Positions 13,060 to 25,357 of a stretch of DNA of 64,000 nucleotides are shown here, piece by piece. The position numbers were made by a program, and so were the translations under genes. The stretch's first letter is position 1; every line of letters begins with the position of its first letter. The notes under the pieces are model-generated. The model was not told the DNA's origin, made no database searches, and saw only the letters and a program-made list of their open reading frames with translations. The stretch spans positions 1,488,001 to 1,552,000 of the forward strand of contig CM102289.1 in the NCBI GenBank assembly GCA_046563655.1. The letters run 5' to 3'. Source of the DNA: Yuukianura sp. NJ FZ-2021. Taxonomy: Eukaryota.

Positions 13060-16000
13060 ATGTCTTTGCTTGTAGTACTTGTGGTTTTGGGGCTAACCGC
13101 ACTGATCTGGATTTACATAAATTTTCACATCCAAAAAATTTTCCACGCGGTAATTAATTACTAAATTCTGAGCGAATGTCAAAAGAAAAAATGTTGGCAA
13201 TTGATTCTCTTTTATTTAACAACACTTACACCCACAAAATGTGGGTTGAAAAAGTTATTGAAAATTCTGAGGTTATAGTAGAAACACTTCTGTGAGATGA
13301 TGTCCGGTGGGAAGGGTACCAAGAACGGAGGCTGCATTTCCACGTTGGGTGGCGATGCTGAGGCGTTGGAATATAAAATTGTTGGCAATTGTTTATCATT
13401 ACAGGGCCATTTCCGTTTCCAGTGGTTGGAGTATTACCGCAGTTGGCCTACGGAGGAATTCAAAAAACTTTGCCAAATGGAAAATTCAATTTGGAAGTAT
13501 TTTCAGCGTTAACATGGGTTCTGAGAGGTCCACGATAACTCTATTTGAAAAAATCTAATCAAAATTGTATTTCTAATTCAAAAAAAATTTTGAAAATGTT
13601 TTTAAATAATTGATATTTTAAGAATTGTTCTGAGTGACTACAATTTAATCAAAGAAGCCTACACCATGACTGAATTTTCTGGACGTCCATATACTCCGCA
13701 CTTTAGAGAAACTGCTGGAGAAAGAAGAAGAGGTACACCTTTGAAATTGCATAAATTTTGTACAGCAAATTCGTTGTTTCAAAAATAGTATAAAAAAACG
13801 CATAAAAGCTTATAAAATCATGTTTCTAAAACTGTTTGTCAAATTTTGTCAAATTTCGCGATTACTGTTAGTTTTTAAATGTGCAAAGGTTAAGTATAAA
13901 TTGTGCTTGTTTTGTTTGACTTTTAGGAGTTTTGCGTGCCGAAGGTGCACATTGGGAGGAGCAGCGAGGTTTTGCGTTACGATATTTGCGAACCTATAGT
14001 TTAGGTAAACAGGAGAAAGTCACGGGCGAATACATTGTTGACCTCATCGCCAAATTTAAACAAGCCACGGGTCAGCCAATGTCACTCAAGTCAATATTGA
14101 ACACAGCCATGGCTAATTTGGCCATCCAACTTTTGATGAGTCACAAATTTGGACTGGATGACCAAAAATGCCAACTTATTTCACATCATTTAAATATGTA
14201 TGTATGTTCAAAATTTAAAACTAGGATTGCCGCCGTTACCACGCTTTAGCCACGTAACGCCGGGCTTAGCGTTTTAGTTTTGTTGAATTTTTTGAAACGG
14301 TACCTTTTGTTTCGTTTCCGTTTTCGCCAAAAAACGAAACGAAAACGAAAATTGAAAAAAAAAAACGAAAAAAAAAATGAAAAGGGAAGCCATGGAGAAA
14401 ATGTCCGTTTTAGCACCACCCTGGAAATTATTGTCTATTCTAACAATTTTGACCCCATTTGTAATGACAAGAAGTGGATTTTGAAACGCAAAACATGAAA
14501 CCTAATTTTTCAAATTTTGAAATTAATTTCTTTTTTTAACTAATTTCACGGAAATGTGATAAGAATTTAACGCCGAAATGCCTCCTGACAAAATTGTCCA
14601 TGACATAAGGTCAAGTAATTTTCTGTTGGAGACATTTACTAAATAGCGTACTAAACTAGCGAAAGCTACTTTATGCCTTGGCTTTGTCTGTCTGTCTGGC
14701 CGAGGCTCCGTCCGTCGTCGGCAATTATTTCAAAAACCACTAAACATTTCCTCGAAGTGTTTAAAATCATTTATTTCATTCAGAGCTACTACGGCGATGC
14801 AGGCAGATGTTAAACCAGTTCCAATGACCAACTTTGTATTGAAACTTGCTCCAAAGTGGACACGATGGACAGAGTTCCAAACTTCTGTTGGATTTGTCAG
14901 GGATTTCATTAATGATCAGATCTATTACCACAAACGAACATTCCAGGAAGGAAATTTCCGAAATTTTATAGACGAATTCATTAATGAAATTAATCAAACC
15001 AAGGATCCCAATTCTTCATTTTATAAAAGTGCTGATGGTATTCAAAAAAAATCATTACTTACTTTAAATCTTTTTTTAGCGTCTGCTCCATTTTCTGAAA
15101 ACATAGGTTGATTATTTGCAATCCGCATTCTTTATTTTTTTTTACAGAAGAGAGCTTGCGAGGTGCAATCTCGAGTTTATTATTTTCGAGTACGGGGGTT
15201 TCCAGGTAAAAATTAATTATTGTAAAAAAGAGTAAAATCTGACTATATGTAAGCATAGAGTTGTCGAGGGGATTTTTGGATTTGTTTTCTTTTAACGTTA
15301 AAAGAAAAAAAAACAAAAAATCGCCTTGACAACTCTATGTGTGTGAGAATATGTTTACGATTAAGGATCAAGTACGACTTGTCAAAAATCCAACTTTTAA
15401 ATACTATTTATTTTATTTAGTATTACCTTAGAATGGGCTGTATTTTATTTATCGAGAAATCCAGAAATCCAGGAACAATTTCAATTCGAGATTGACCGCG
15501 TCATTGGTAGAGAAAGACTACCAAGTTTAAAGGACAAAGAGAAGTAAGCTTGATGTTAACTTTTTTAACTAAAATTATGTTTACACAATTAAATAATTAT
15601 ATTATAATTATATTCTAACTTATTTCCAAACATTCTCTTTGTGTAGAATGCCTTATGTTTCGGCCACAATTCTGGAAACTCTACGAATAGCTCCTGTGCT
15701 TCCGGTAGGTGCTGCACATCGTACTCTGTGCGAAACTAAGTTTCACGGTTTTACAATTCCAAAACACACGACCATCTCCGCTAACGTTTACGATGTGCAT
15801 CACGACAAGGAGATTTGGGGCGATCCAGAAGTTTTTAGACCTCAAAGATTTCTGACCAGTGAAGGCACTTTGCGCAACAGTCATTCACCAATAATTCCAT
15901 TTGGTATAGGAAAACGACGATGTATTGCAGAAACGATGGCTAAAAACAACATTTTCCTCTTCCTTGTTAGTCTCTTCCAAAATTTTGACATCAAATCACG

Positions 16001-16094
16001 TCTAACTTACGGAGAAAACGTTGGCAAAGTAGCTGACTATTGGTTCATTCCGCCCGAATTCACGGTCATTTTTAATCAAAGAAACTATAATTGA
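13060..16094 (+). CDS. Cytochrome P450, clan-2-like, multi-exon (two apparent 1-nt frameshifts in exons 1-2)
   Basis: N-terminal anchor MSLLVVLVVLGLTALIW, HPKNFPRGPFPFPVVG hinge, WEEQR (WxxxR), ETLR, FRPQRF, heme motif PFGIGKRRCIAE. Frame slips at ~13120 and ~13468 in A/T runs. Confidence 0.88.
14221..14423. mobile_element. Degenerate GAAAC-rich MITE-like insert in P450 intron
   Basis: GTTTC/GAAAC inverted motifs like the 10886 MITE; only weak TAGG.../...CCTG termini. Confidence 0.35.
15254..15339. repeat. ~86-bp near-perfect palindrome (foldback insert) in P450 intron
   Basis: CATAGAGTTGTCGAGG...TTTTCTTTTAACGTTAAAAGAAAA...CCTTGACAACTCTATG. Confidence 0.8.
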
Positions 16095-16390
16095 TGTATC
16101 AGGGCAAACATATATTTACTTTAAGCTTTAGGTTAGCTTGTAACTCTTAGCCATAAGTTCAAAAATAAAAATAACACTAAAATCTACAAATAGAATAGTA
16201 ATACCTAGGAAGGACATAAAAGACGGCTAATGTCTCAAACTTTGTGAAAAGCGGTTGCGGGCTTTCTTATGGAATAAAAACTGTGGGATTTAGCAGGTAG
16301 TAAAAAATTATGACAGAAAGATGCTTTGCAAAAACATTTTGGGTTACAATTATATCAATTCTTGTTTATATAAACCAACTAAAACCTTTA

Positions 16391-16560
16391 GTTATAAGAA
16401 TTGTAAAAATTATATTTTGAATAGATTCCATTTTGTAAGTGCTTATTAAATAAGAATGAAATTTTACTTTAGAGAAAATTAAATTTGGCAGGTCACGAAA
16501 TTTTGACTCTTAGAAATTTCGCTTATTCCCAATTGCTTTTTTCTGGCTGTTGGAGTTTGG
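16391..16560 (+). promoter_or_regulatory. Conserved IR upstream block type A (also ~25135, ~33361, ~36236, ~43495)
   Basis: TAGATTC.ATTT.GTAAGTGCTTATT...AAAATT.AATTTG..AAGTCACGAAATTTT.ACTC precedes copies 1, 6, 7, 8 and the 25358 fragment. Regulatory role is inferred. Confidence 0.5.
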
Positions 16561-16787
16561 AGGCTTTACTTTCCAAATTTTCACGGTTCCATTGGCTTTG
16601 GAATTTGACTTGAATAGATATTGTGCGCTTTTTATTTATTTATTATTATATTTATTATTATTCAGATTTTTTAAAAATCAAAAGTTATTTTATCCTTTCA
16701 GTGACCATATCGGCATAGCAATCGTCGTTGTTACTACAAAGTGTCGATTTTGAATTGTTTACTACTCGCAAAGTAACAGTGTACATC

Positions 16788-18905
16788 ATGTATTCAGTGT
16801 ATTGTTGGCTAGTGTTGTATACAACTACTGCCACATTCTCCACAGATAGAGCATCACATATTAACTTGAATCCTTGGTTCACTCCGTTTGCTTCAGTGTG
16901 CAATATTTACATAATAAACTTCAACGCCACAAATTTCGAACCACTTGAATTTCCCATCATTACGCAAGATTTGATGTATAAAGAAGGATTCTCTTTTTCA
17001 CGAAACTTAAATCAAACCGGGTTTTATAACACGCTACTTCCGCATGAAAAAATAATAAAACCAGAAATATATTTTAAACTTAAATGTGTCAATTACATTT
17101 TCCTATTTACATCTTTCGGCAAGAAAAAACGAAAAAGACAAACGTACTTTCCCGTACCAACTAACCTACCATTCTGGTCCAGATTTTGGCGTACAGAAAC
17201 CATGGGCATAAGGAAGGACGTTGCATTTACAGAGTTTGTGCGGGACAGATCTGCACTCTTGTCTTTAGTTGCTCCGTACAATCCAAAAATGATAGAACTT
17301 TGGTATAAGTGGACCCGGCCTCACAATGAGGACGAGGTTGGAGTGGCTCACTGGGTAGTCTATGACTTACAAAAGAACAACACAATCGGTAGAACTTGGA
17401 TAATTTGCACTGACTGTACTCCATGTGCACACCCTCTCATACCCTTCAGCTATTCTCAAAACTTATCAGAAATTAAGGCACAGTGGATACCGGTAGATCC
17501 AAAACCAAAATGGCACGTTTACCCCTACATGCCACATAATTTGAACTTCAAGTCTTATAAGTACGAACTTGGCACTTGGGAACACATTGTACTCAAAGCA
17601 ATTACTAACAAGAGCGTTGATTGGAGCAAAGAAGGAGCATGCAATGGAGAGCTATTCCCAACCGTTGAGTTTGGTTCGCAAGACTACTCTGTTTTGGAAA
17701 CTCATCACCTCAAATTTCAATTCTTAACATGTGATGGTCTACTGCAAGAAGTTTCAGATATGAACAGTTTGATTTCTGCATTTGACTTGGAAAGTTGGGT
17801 CATTTTGGTTGCGGCTCTCTTTGCTTTGGGCATAATGGCTAATGTTGTGTTAAAAGTAAAAGGTAAAAAATGCGATGGATTTGTAACAGTGTACTCTGCA
17901 CTACTAGAACATAGTTGGGATTCTGCAACCAATCCTCACGGGTTAAGTGCCATGTACTGGGTATCTAGCAGTATGTTGCTAACTTTAATTGTGGTTACCA
18001 ATGGTTACAAAAGTTTCTTTACCGCCGATATAACTTCACCAAGAAATCCAGAACTTATAACTCACTTTGGTCAAGTGATGGATAAAAACTTGACTATTTA
18101 TGTCCGACCAGGTCATGGTATATATGGATTCAGGAAAAGCGACTGGAATGCAACTGTAAAATGGATGGAAAACGTGCATAAAGTGACTGACAAACAACGA
18201 GAAAAGCAAGGACTACCAAAAAAAGACTGGAGAACACAAGATGAAAGAAGCTACTACTACCCAGACAGCCCTCCCGAATTTGTATTCAAATTTATACACT
18301 CTCTAATAAAAACTTTTGGAATTTCTATGTCAAACTGGAGACAATTTGTAAGAAATAGCAACACCACTATAATACCAGCAACACTAAAACTGGTAATAGA
18401 CAAGTTGTTTGTGCGATGGGATGAATTTGAATCTAAAAACATAAGTGATGGAGATGTATTGACGCCATTGGTCAAAGACTGTAAAACAGCCTACGCTGAT
18501 TGGTCAGATAAAATCGACCACCAGTATAGACTTTGGAAGATCTCAGGAGATAAAGGCAGTGAAAGTCTTGCAAAAGGAACAGATAGTTTGGGTAACATAA
18601 CTTGTGGATGGAAATTTACCTATGTGACGGATTCAAATATACGGCCAAGATTGAAGCACATGGAACAGGCGGGAATAATTGAATTTTGGAAAAGTTTGGA
18701 TGCAAATTTGAAATTTGAGAAAGAGTTAAGACAAATTCAAGTTGTTAAATCTACAGTAAAAGTTCTTGACCTGTACGATAAAATCAGGGTAGCTTTTTAC
18801 GTGTTTTTGAGTATATTGCCACTACCATTGTTAATTTTTGTTGTTGAGTACATTGTTGCAAATTTGAAGCGAATTCGTTGTACCAAGGTGCTATGTGTTT
18901 TTTAA
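16788..18905 (+). CDS. Divergent ionotropic receptor-like protein, copy 1 (intronless, intact)
   Basis: Signal peptide; FQFLTC..AFD..W + M1; pore YSALLEHS; M3 LIVVTNGYKSFFTADITSP; S2 ending LKHMEQAGIIEFW; M4 VAFYVFLSILPLPLLIFVVEY, matching iGluR/IR topology. First ATG at 16788. Confidence 0.8.
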   Translation: MYSVYCWLVLYTTTATFSTDRASHINLNPWFTPFASVCNIYIINFNATNFEPLEFPIITQDLMYKEGFSFSRNLNQTGFYNTLLPHEKIIKPEIYFKLKCVNYIFLFTSFGKKKRKRQTYFPVPTNLPFWSRFWRTETMGIRKDVAFTEFVRDRSALLSLVAPYNPKMIELWYKWTRPHNEDEVGVAHWVVYDLQKNNTIGRTWIICTDCTPCAHPLIPFSYSQNLSEIKAQWIPVDPKPKWHVYPYMPHNLNFKSYKYELGTWEHIVLKAITNKSVDWSKEGACNGELFPTVEFGSQDYSVLETHHLKFQFLTCDGLLQEVSDMNSLISAFDLESWVILVAALFALGIMANVVLKVKGKKCDGFVTVYSALLEHSWDSATNPHGLSAMYWVSSSMLLTLIVVTNGYKSFFTADITSPRNPELITHFGQVMDKNLTIYVRPGHGIYGFRKSDWNATVKWMENVHKVTDKQREKQGLPKKDWRTQDERSYYYPDSPPEFVFKFIHSLIKTFGISMSNWRQFVRNSNTTIIPATLKLVIDKLFVRWDEFESKNISDGDVLTPLVKDCKTAYADWSDKIDHQYRLWKISGDKGSESLAKGTDSLGNITCGWKFTYVTDSNIRPRLKHMEQAGIIEFWKSLDANLKFEKELRQIQVVKSTVKVLDLYDKIRVAFYVFLSILPLPLLIFVVEYIVANLKRIRCTKVLCVF

Positions 18906-19019
18906 ATGGTTGCTAGAGGATACGCTGCTTTTTTATAGACAAAACATACCCTTCGACATTTTCGGACGTCTTGTTGCATTAAGCCTCAGAAGTAAGCAGC
19001 CCTTTTTTCTTAATATTCT

Positions 19020-19260
19020 TAGTCTTATAAAATATGTATTTGTTTGGTATTAAATTTAATTTTTTTCAAGTGCTTTTAGACACGCCCACCATCATTTTAC
19101 GGAAAATTAGACCATGCAGCAGAGTTAGAAAGCTAGAAACGGTCGTCCGAAATTTCTAGACGGTAGTATTCATTGTTTAAAATTTACTCTCGGTTTCTAT
19201 TGTAGTAAAAATTATAAATAGTTTCAAAATGCTAAAAGTGTAACTTATTAAAACGTTAGC
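19020..19260 (+). promoter_or_regulatory. Conserved IR upstream block type B (also ~21930, ~25750, ~30650)
   Basis: AAGTGCTTTT.GACAC(GCCCA)...AAATTAG...(CGTCAAATCACGCA)...GAAAT.TC..GA precedes copies 2-5. Regulatory role is inferred. Confidence 0.5.
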
Positions 19261-19271
19261 GTAACCTTACC

Positions 19272-21419
19272 ATGTATACTATACTAAATTGCTGCTTAGT
19301 TTTGTACATCGCTATTGTTAAGTTACTTACCACTGACGCTTCACATATAGACTTAAATCCTTGGTTCCGTCCATTTTCTACGGAGTGCAACATTTACGTA
19401 ATAAACTTCAACGCAACAAATTTCGAACCATTTGAATTTCCCATCATTACGCAAGATTTGGTGTATAAAGAAGGAGTTTATTTTCTAGACAATTCAAAAA
19501 GAGACGGTTTCTACAATACGCTACTTCCTCATGAAAAAATAATTGTACCAGATATATATTCTAAATTTAAATGTTTCAACTACATTTTCCTATTTACATC
19601 TTTTGGCAGCAAGAAACTAATGGACGAAATGGATTTTCCTATACCGAAGAACCTACCATTATGGTCCAGACTTTGGCGTAAAGAAGTTATTGACATAGGA
19701 AGTGACTTTGCATTTAGAGAATTTGTACGTGACAGATCCTCAGTTTTCTCTTTAGTTGCTCCCTACAATACAGAAATGATAGAGAGTTGGTACATTCGGC
19801 TCATGAGGATGTCTATCGACTACGACTTAACTGGAATCGCGCAATTCGTAGTCTACGATCTCATAAAGGTTATAGGGTCACACACCTACACAATCACAAG
19901 TACTTGGATTATTTTCATCGACAGTGCTAAATGCGCACACCCTTTGATACCACTGCGTTATTACCGGAATCTATCAAAGATTAAGGCGCAGTGGATACCT
20001 GCAGATTCAAAACTCAAATGGCACGTCCAACCCGAAATGCCACAGAATTTGAAGTTTGCGCCTTACAAGTACAAACTTGGCACTTGGGAACACATTGTGC
20101 TCAAATCGATTACTAACAACAGCATTGATTGGACTACAGTACCACTTTGTCCTGGCTATGAACGACGTCCGTCCGTTGTGTTTGGATCAGCACACTACTC
20201 TGTCTTGGTAACTCATCGCCTCAAATTTCAATTTTTAACTTGTGATGGATTTTTGGGAGAAATTTCAGATTGGAACATTTTGATCTCCCCCTTCGACCTT
20301 AAAACTTGGGCCGTTTTGGTTTTGGCGCTCTTTGCTTTGGGCATAGTGGCTAATGTTGTGTCAAAAGTAAAAGGTAAAAAATGCGACGGATTCATTATAG
20401 TGTACTCTGCAATGCTAGAACACAGTCGACGTTCTGCAACTAATCCTTATAGGTTAAGTGCCATGTACTGGGTAACTAGCAGTATGTTGCTAACTTTAAT
20501 TGTGGTTACCAATGGTTACAAAAGTTTCTTTACCGCCGACATCACTTCACCAAGAAATCCGGAACTTATAACTCACTTTGGTCAAGTGATGGACAAAAAC
20601 TTGACTATTTATGTCCGACCAGAGCATGGTACATTTATATTCAGTTCCGAAGTGTGGAAAGGAAATGTAAAAAGGATGGAAGAAATACATAGAGCACAAG
20701 ACGAACAAAGAGAAAAGCAAGGATTGAAGAAAATAGACCGGAAAACAATAGATGAAAGGAGCTGCCGCTACCCGTCCATCGCTCCTGAATATGTCGACAA
20801 ATTTTTAAAGCCTTCACTTAGAGTTTCTCGAGTAGTACTTGTTTCTAAATGGCGAGAATTTGTAAGAAATTCCAACAGCACTTTAATTCCAGCCACACTA
20901 AAACTAGTTCTAGACAAGCTGTTTGTCCCATGGGATGAATTTTATTCCAAAAACACTAATAAGAGAGATCCATTGACGCCATTGGTCAAAGACTGTAAAA
21001 CAGCGTACGCTGATTGGTCAGATATAATCGACACGCAGTATCGAGTTTGGAAGATCTCAGGAGATACAGGTAGCAAAAGTCTTGCAAAAGGAAGTGATAG
21101 TTTGGGTAACATGACTTATGGATGGAAGTTTACTCATGTCACAGATCCAAATATACGGCCAAGATTGAAGTACGTGGAACAGGCGGGAATAATCGAATTT
21201 TGGAAAAATTTAGACGCCTATTTAAAATTTGAGAAAGAGCTACGGCAAATTCAAGTTTTTAAATCTACTGTAAAAGTTCTTGATCTCAATGACAAAATCA
21301 GAGTACCTTTTCTTGTGTTTTTGAGTTTATCGCAACTACCATTATTACTTTTGGTTGCTGAGTACATTGTTGCAAATTTTAAGCGAATTCGGGTTACTAA
21401 GGTGCTCTGTGTTTTTTAG
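19272..21419 (+). CDS. Divergent IR-like protein, copy 2 (intact, 715 aa)
   Basis: Collinear paralog of copy 1 with the same motifs. Confidence 0.82.
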   Translation: MYTILNCCLVLYIAIVKLLTTDASHIDLNPWFRPFSTECNIYVINFNATNFEPFEFPIITQDLVYKEGVYFLDNSKRDGFYNTLLPHEKIIVPDIYSKFKCFNYIFLFTSFGSKKLMDEMDFPIPKNLPLWSRLWRKEVIDIGSDFAFREFVRDRSSVFSLVAPYNTEMIESWYIRLMRMSIDYDLTGIAQFVVYDLIKVIGSHTYTITSTWIIFIDSAKCAHPLIPLRYYRNLSKIKAQWIPADSKLKWHVQPEMPQNLKFAPYKYKLGTWEHIVLKSITNNSIDWTTVPLCPGYERRPSVVFGSAHYSVLVTHRLKFQFLTCDGFLGEISDWNILISPFDLKTWAVLVLALFALGIVANVVSKVKGKKCDGFIIVYSAMLEHSRRSATNPYRLSAMYWVTSSMLLTLIVVTNGYKSFFTADITSPRNPELITHFGQVMDKNLTIYVRPEHGTFIFSSEVWKGNVKRMEEIHRAQDEQREKQGLKKIDRKTIDERSCRYPSIAPEYVDKFLKPSLRVSRVVLVSKWREFVRNSNSTLIPATLKLVLDKLFVPWDEFYSKNTNKRDPLTPLVKDCKTAYADWSDIIDTQYRVWKISGDTGSKSLAKGSDSLGNMTYGWKFTHVTDPNIRPRLKYVEQAGIIEFWKNLDAYLKFEKELRQIQVFKSTVKVLDLNDKIRVPFLVFLSLSQLPLLLLVAEYIVANFKRIRVTKVLCVF

Positions 21420-22201
21420 TTAGTTCCTCTAAATATACGTTCCTTTTTTTAAGTATAAACATTGTTGCTTTCGGACTAGATGTCTTGAGAAAAATGTATT
21501 TTATCAAAAGCGAATAGGGCGTAACTTTCATGTTGAAAAACAAACTTTGTTTAAAAGTTAAATTCAAACCACATGCTATTTGAGTGGAAAATGACATGGC
21601 CCGCTTGCTTGGATATCACATACATAAACTCATGGTTAGGCTTTAATGTAGTTTTTAAAAAACTGAAAATATGGAACGAAATTGTAGTTATAGAAAAAGT
21701 AAATACGTCATGACTTTTCAGGTAATGTTGATCCTAAAGTTACTCTTTTTGCTAGTCATTTTCATCTTGTTCGTTTGCCTCTCATACGTGATAAATTTTT
21801 TCATCGTCTTTTTTTCACTGTGATTTCATTTCAACTAAGTTTTCTGAGCAAAAATTTTTAATTACGTCGAATGATTTGTGTTTCTTTATATATTAAGTCG
21901 CACAAGGTAAGCTCCTTTTTTCGACTATTTTTTAGTTGTATAAAATATTTATTTGTTTGGGCAAAAATTTAATTTTTTCAAGTGCTTTTAGACACGCCCA
22001 ACACCACTTTAAAGAAAATTAGCTCCGTCAAATCACGCAGCCCACCGACAAAACTACGGTGGTTCGAAATCTCCAGAAGGTTGTGTGCATGGTCCAAAAT
22101 TTACTGTGGAGTGTTATTGTGGTAAACTTTGAAAAATATTTGCAAAATACTAAAAGGACAACTTACTAAAAGAACAGTCAAAGCTTTATCAGTTACTTAC
22201 C

Positions 22202-24816
22202 ATGTATGCCATACTATATTTTTGCTTAGTACAATACACCACTATTAAACTACTTACCACAGAAGCGTCACATATTGACTTAAACCCATGGTTCAGTCCA
22301 TTTGCTTCAGAGTGCAACATTTACGTAATCAACTTCAACACAACAAATTTCGAACCACTAAGATTTCCCATCATTACGCAAGATTTGGTGTATAAAGAAG
22401 GATTATATTTTCCAGACATAACAAATAGAAACAACTACCACGGAAATAAAACCGGTTTTTACAATACGCTACTCCCACATGAAAAAATGATAGAACCAGA
22501 AATATATTCTAAACTTAAATGTTTCAATTACATTTTCCTATTTACATCTTATGGCACATCCAAACTACCATACGACGGGCTCTTTCCGTTCCCAGAAAAC
22601 CTACCTTTCTGGTCCAGACTTTGGCGAAATAAGGCAGTAATGCGCAGAAGAAGTCATGACTTTGCATTTAAAGAATTTGTACTGGACAGATCCGCAATCC
22701 TATCTTTAGTTGCCCCCTTCAATCCGAATATGATAGAACATTGGCGTACAAGGACCGGACATGCTCCGGACTATGACTATGTTGGAATAGCTCACTTGGT
22801 TGTCTATCATCTACAAAAGGTCAAGACATCAATGACCTACATAATCACAGCAAGTTGGATAATTTACCCCGACTGTACTGAGTACAAAGTCATTTTTAAA
22901 CCACTTCATTATTCCCGAAACATATCAAAAATTAAGGCACAGTGGAAAACAGTAAATACTAAGATCATGTGGCACGTTGACCCCTACATGCCGCAAAATT
23001 CGAACTTTGCGCCTTACAAGTACCAACTTGGCACTTGGGAGCACATTGTGCTCAAAACAGTTACTAACAACACCGTTGATTGGACTGAAAAAAGATTGTG
23101 TAGTAATCTACAAGGGCAACGTCCATCCATTTCGTTTGGTTCAAAAGACTACTCTGTCTTGCAAAGTCATCGCCTCAAATTTCAATTTTTAACTTGTGAT
23201 GGACTTGTGGATGAAGTTTCGGATTTGAACAGTATGGTTTCTGCCTTTGACTTTAAAGGTTGGGTCATTTTGGTTATGGCGCTTTTTGCTTTGGGCGTAA
23301 CGGCTAATGTTGTGTTAAAAGTAAAAGGTAAGAAATGCGACGGATTCATTACAGTGTACTCTGCATTGCTAGAACACAGTTGGAATTCTGCAACTAATCC
23401 TCATGGGTTAAGTGCCATGTACTGGGTAACTACCAGTATGTTGCTCACTCTAATTGTGGTTACCAATGGTTACAAAAGTTTTTTTACCGCCGACATAATT
23501 TCACCAAGAAATCCGAGCCATGCTAGCGCAGTGGTATGAGTCTCTATTCTGCCATCTGCCTGTCTGTGAGATCGAGTCCTGTCGGTCACTCGCAATAAAA
23601 AAAGTGAATGAAAATTTGCCTACGCGCATAAGGAATTTGCCATTTCCTTATTCCCTTTCCATTTCATTCCGAGATGCTGATGAGTCTGTTCCTTGAGGTT
23701 GGTGAGCTGTAAACTCACCGTAAAATCAAGCAGCCGACCTGCCTTTCTCATCAGCATATGTAACGTAACTGTAAAGTAACGTCCCGAGTTGTCTTGCTTA
23801 TCAACTTTGTATTAGCGTTTTTCCGATGTGGTTTTCCTAATACCTAGAGTTACCTTCTCTAGCCAAATGGAAAGATAGCAAGACAACTCAACAACGCGAA
23901 GTAGTGTAAGGCCCCGTTCTAGGGGTGCTACCTCTCGTACCCGTTCAAAAAAAAAAAAAAAAAAAATCCGGAACTTATAACTAACTTTGGTCAAGTGTTG
24001 GATAAAAACTTGACGATTTATGTCCGACCAGGTTATGGTATATCTGAATTCAGGAAAGAAGAAGCAAAAAGGAAGGAAAAATTGAATAGAATGAAAGACG
24101 AACCAAATGGACTCAAGAAATTTGGTCGGGGAAAAACAATGGATGAACGGAGCAGCCAATACCCTTCGGATGGCCGTCCTGAATTTTTCTACAAATTTGT
24201 AGACCCTCTAATACATGGTTTGGGGATTTCTGTGATATTCTGGAGAACGTTTATCAGAAATAGCAACACCACTGTAATTCCAGCAACACTAAAACTTGTA
24301 ACACCAAACTTGTTTGTGCCATGGGATGAATTTGAATATAAAAATATCAGTGATTATGATCCCTTGACGCCATTGGTCAAAGATTGTAAAACGGCGTATG
24401 CTGATTGGTCAAATGTAATCGACCTTCAATATCGACTTTGGAAGATCTCAGGAGATACAGGTAGCAACAGTCTTGCAAAAGGAACGGATAGTTTGGGCAA
24501 CATAACTTATGGATGGAGGTTTACTTACGTCACAGATCCAAATATACGGCCAAGATTGAAGTACATGGAACACGCTGGAATAATTGAATTTTGGAAAAAC
24601 TTGGATGCAAATTTGAAATTTTTGAAACAGCTACGACAAATTCAAGTTGTTAAATCTACTACTGTAAAAGTGCTCGATCTGTATGATAAAATCAGGGTAG
24701 CATTTTTTGTGTTTTTGAGTTTGTTGCCACTACCGTTATTAATTTTTGTTGTTGAATACATTGTTGCAAATTTTAAGCGAACTCGTGCTACTAAGGTGCC
24801 CTTTGTTTTTAAATAG
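22202..24816 (+). pseudogene. Divergent IR-like copy 3, split by a SINE just after M3
   Basis: ORF reads to ...SPRNP then into the SINE; resumes as PELITNFGQVLDKNL at ~23968. Removing the insert restores an open frame. Confidence 0.88.
23516..23963 (+). mobile_element. tRNA-derived SINE, ~450 bp
   Basis: A box TAGCGCAGTGG (23524-23534), B-box-like GATCGAGTCC (23570-23579), poly(A) 23947-23966, TSD AAATCCG (23509-23515 and 23964-23970); paralogs show the empty site AGAAATCCGGAACTT. Confidence 0.9.
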
Positions 24817-25357
24817 TTGCTAAAAGATATGGTGTAGTTAAGAAAAAAATTACTTTTCTTTGAGCTGGCAAACTATAAATTATCGAAAAAAAAAATAAGG
24901 CATGTCATCATGTTCAAAATACGACTTTGTGTATAGACATCGAATAAGTAATTTTTCTTGTTAAAGTTTAATGGAGTAAAGCCCCGGGAAGACTTGGAAT
25001 TCCGCACGACATTGTAGTTTTAGCAAAATTAAATTTTCAAGTCACGAACTTTTAGATAATGTTTATGTTAAGAAAAATTTGCCAGTCATTTTTTTCTTTT
25101 TGCTCGAATATTAATACTTCTATCTTTATTTATTTTAAATTGATTCAATTTTGTAAGTGCTTATTGAACACGGATGAAATTTTATTTTCAAGAAAACTAT
25201 ATTTGATAAGTCATGAAAGTCTTGACTCACGGACACTTCGCATTGGCATTTGATTATTTCGTTCGCTTCAGTTTGACTACTACTGGAATTTGGATTCCTT
25301 GTTTCAAATTCTAATTTGCTCATAAAAATTTGAATCCAGAATACCAAATTTTCTAAA

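Noticed and set aside
13295..13362. Intronic C/D snoRNA (ATGATG...CTGA)
   Set aside because: Imperfect C box, no terminal stem and no recognisable rRNA guide.
23674..23757. Hammerhead ribozyme (CTGATGA on both strands) in the SINE
   Set aside because: No stem II closed by GAAA with stem III and NUH; the two motifs simply pair with each other.
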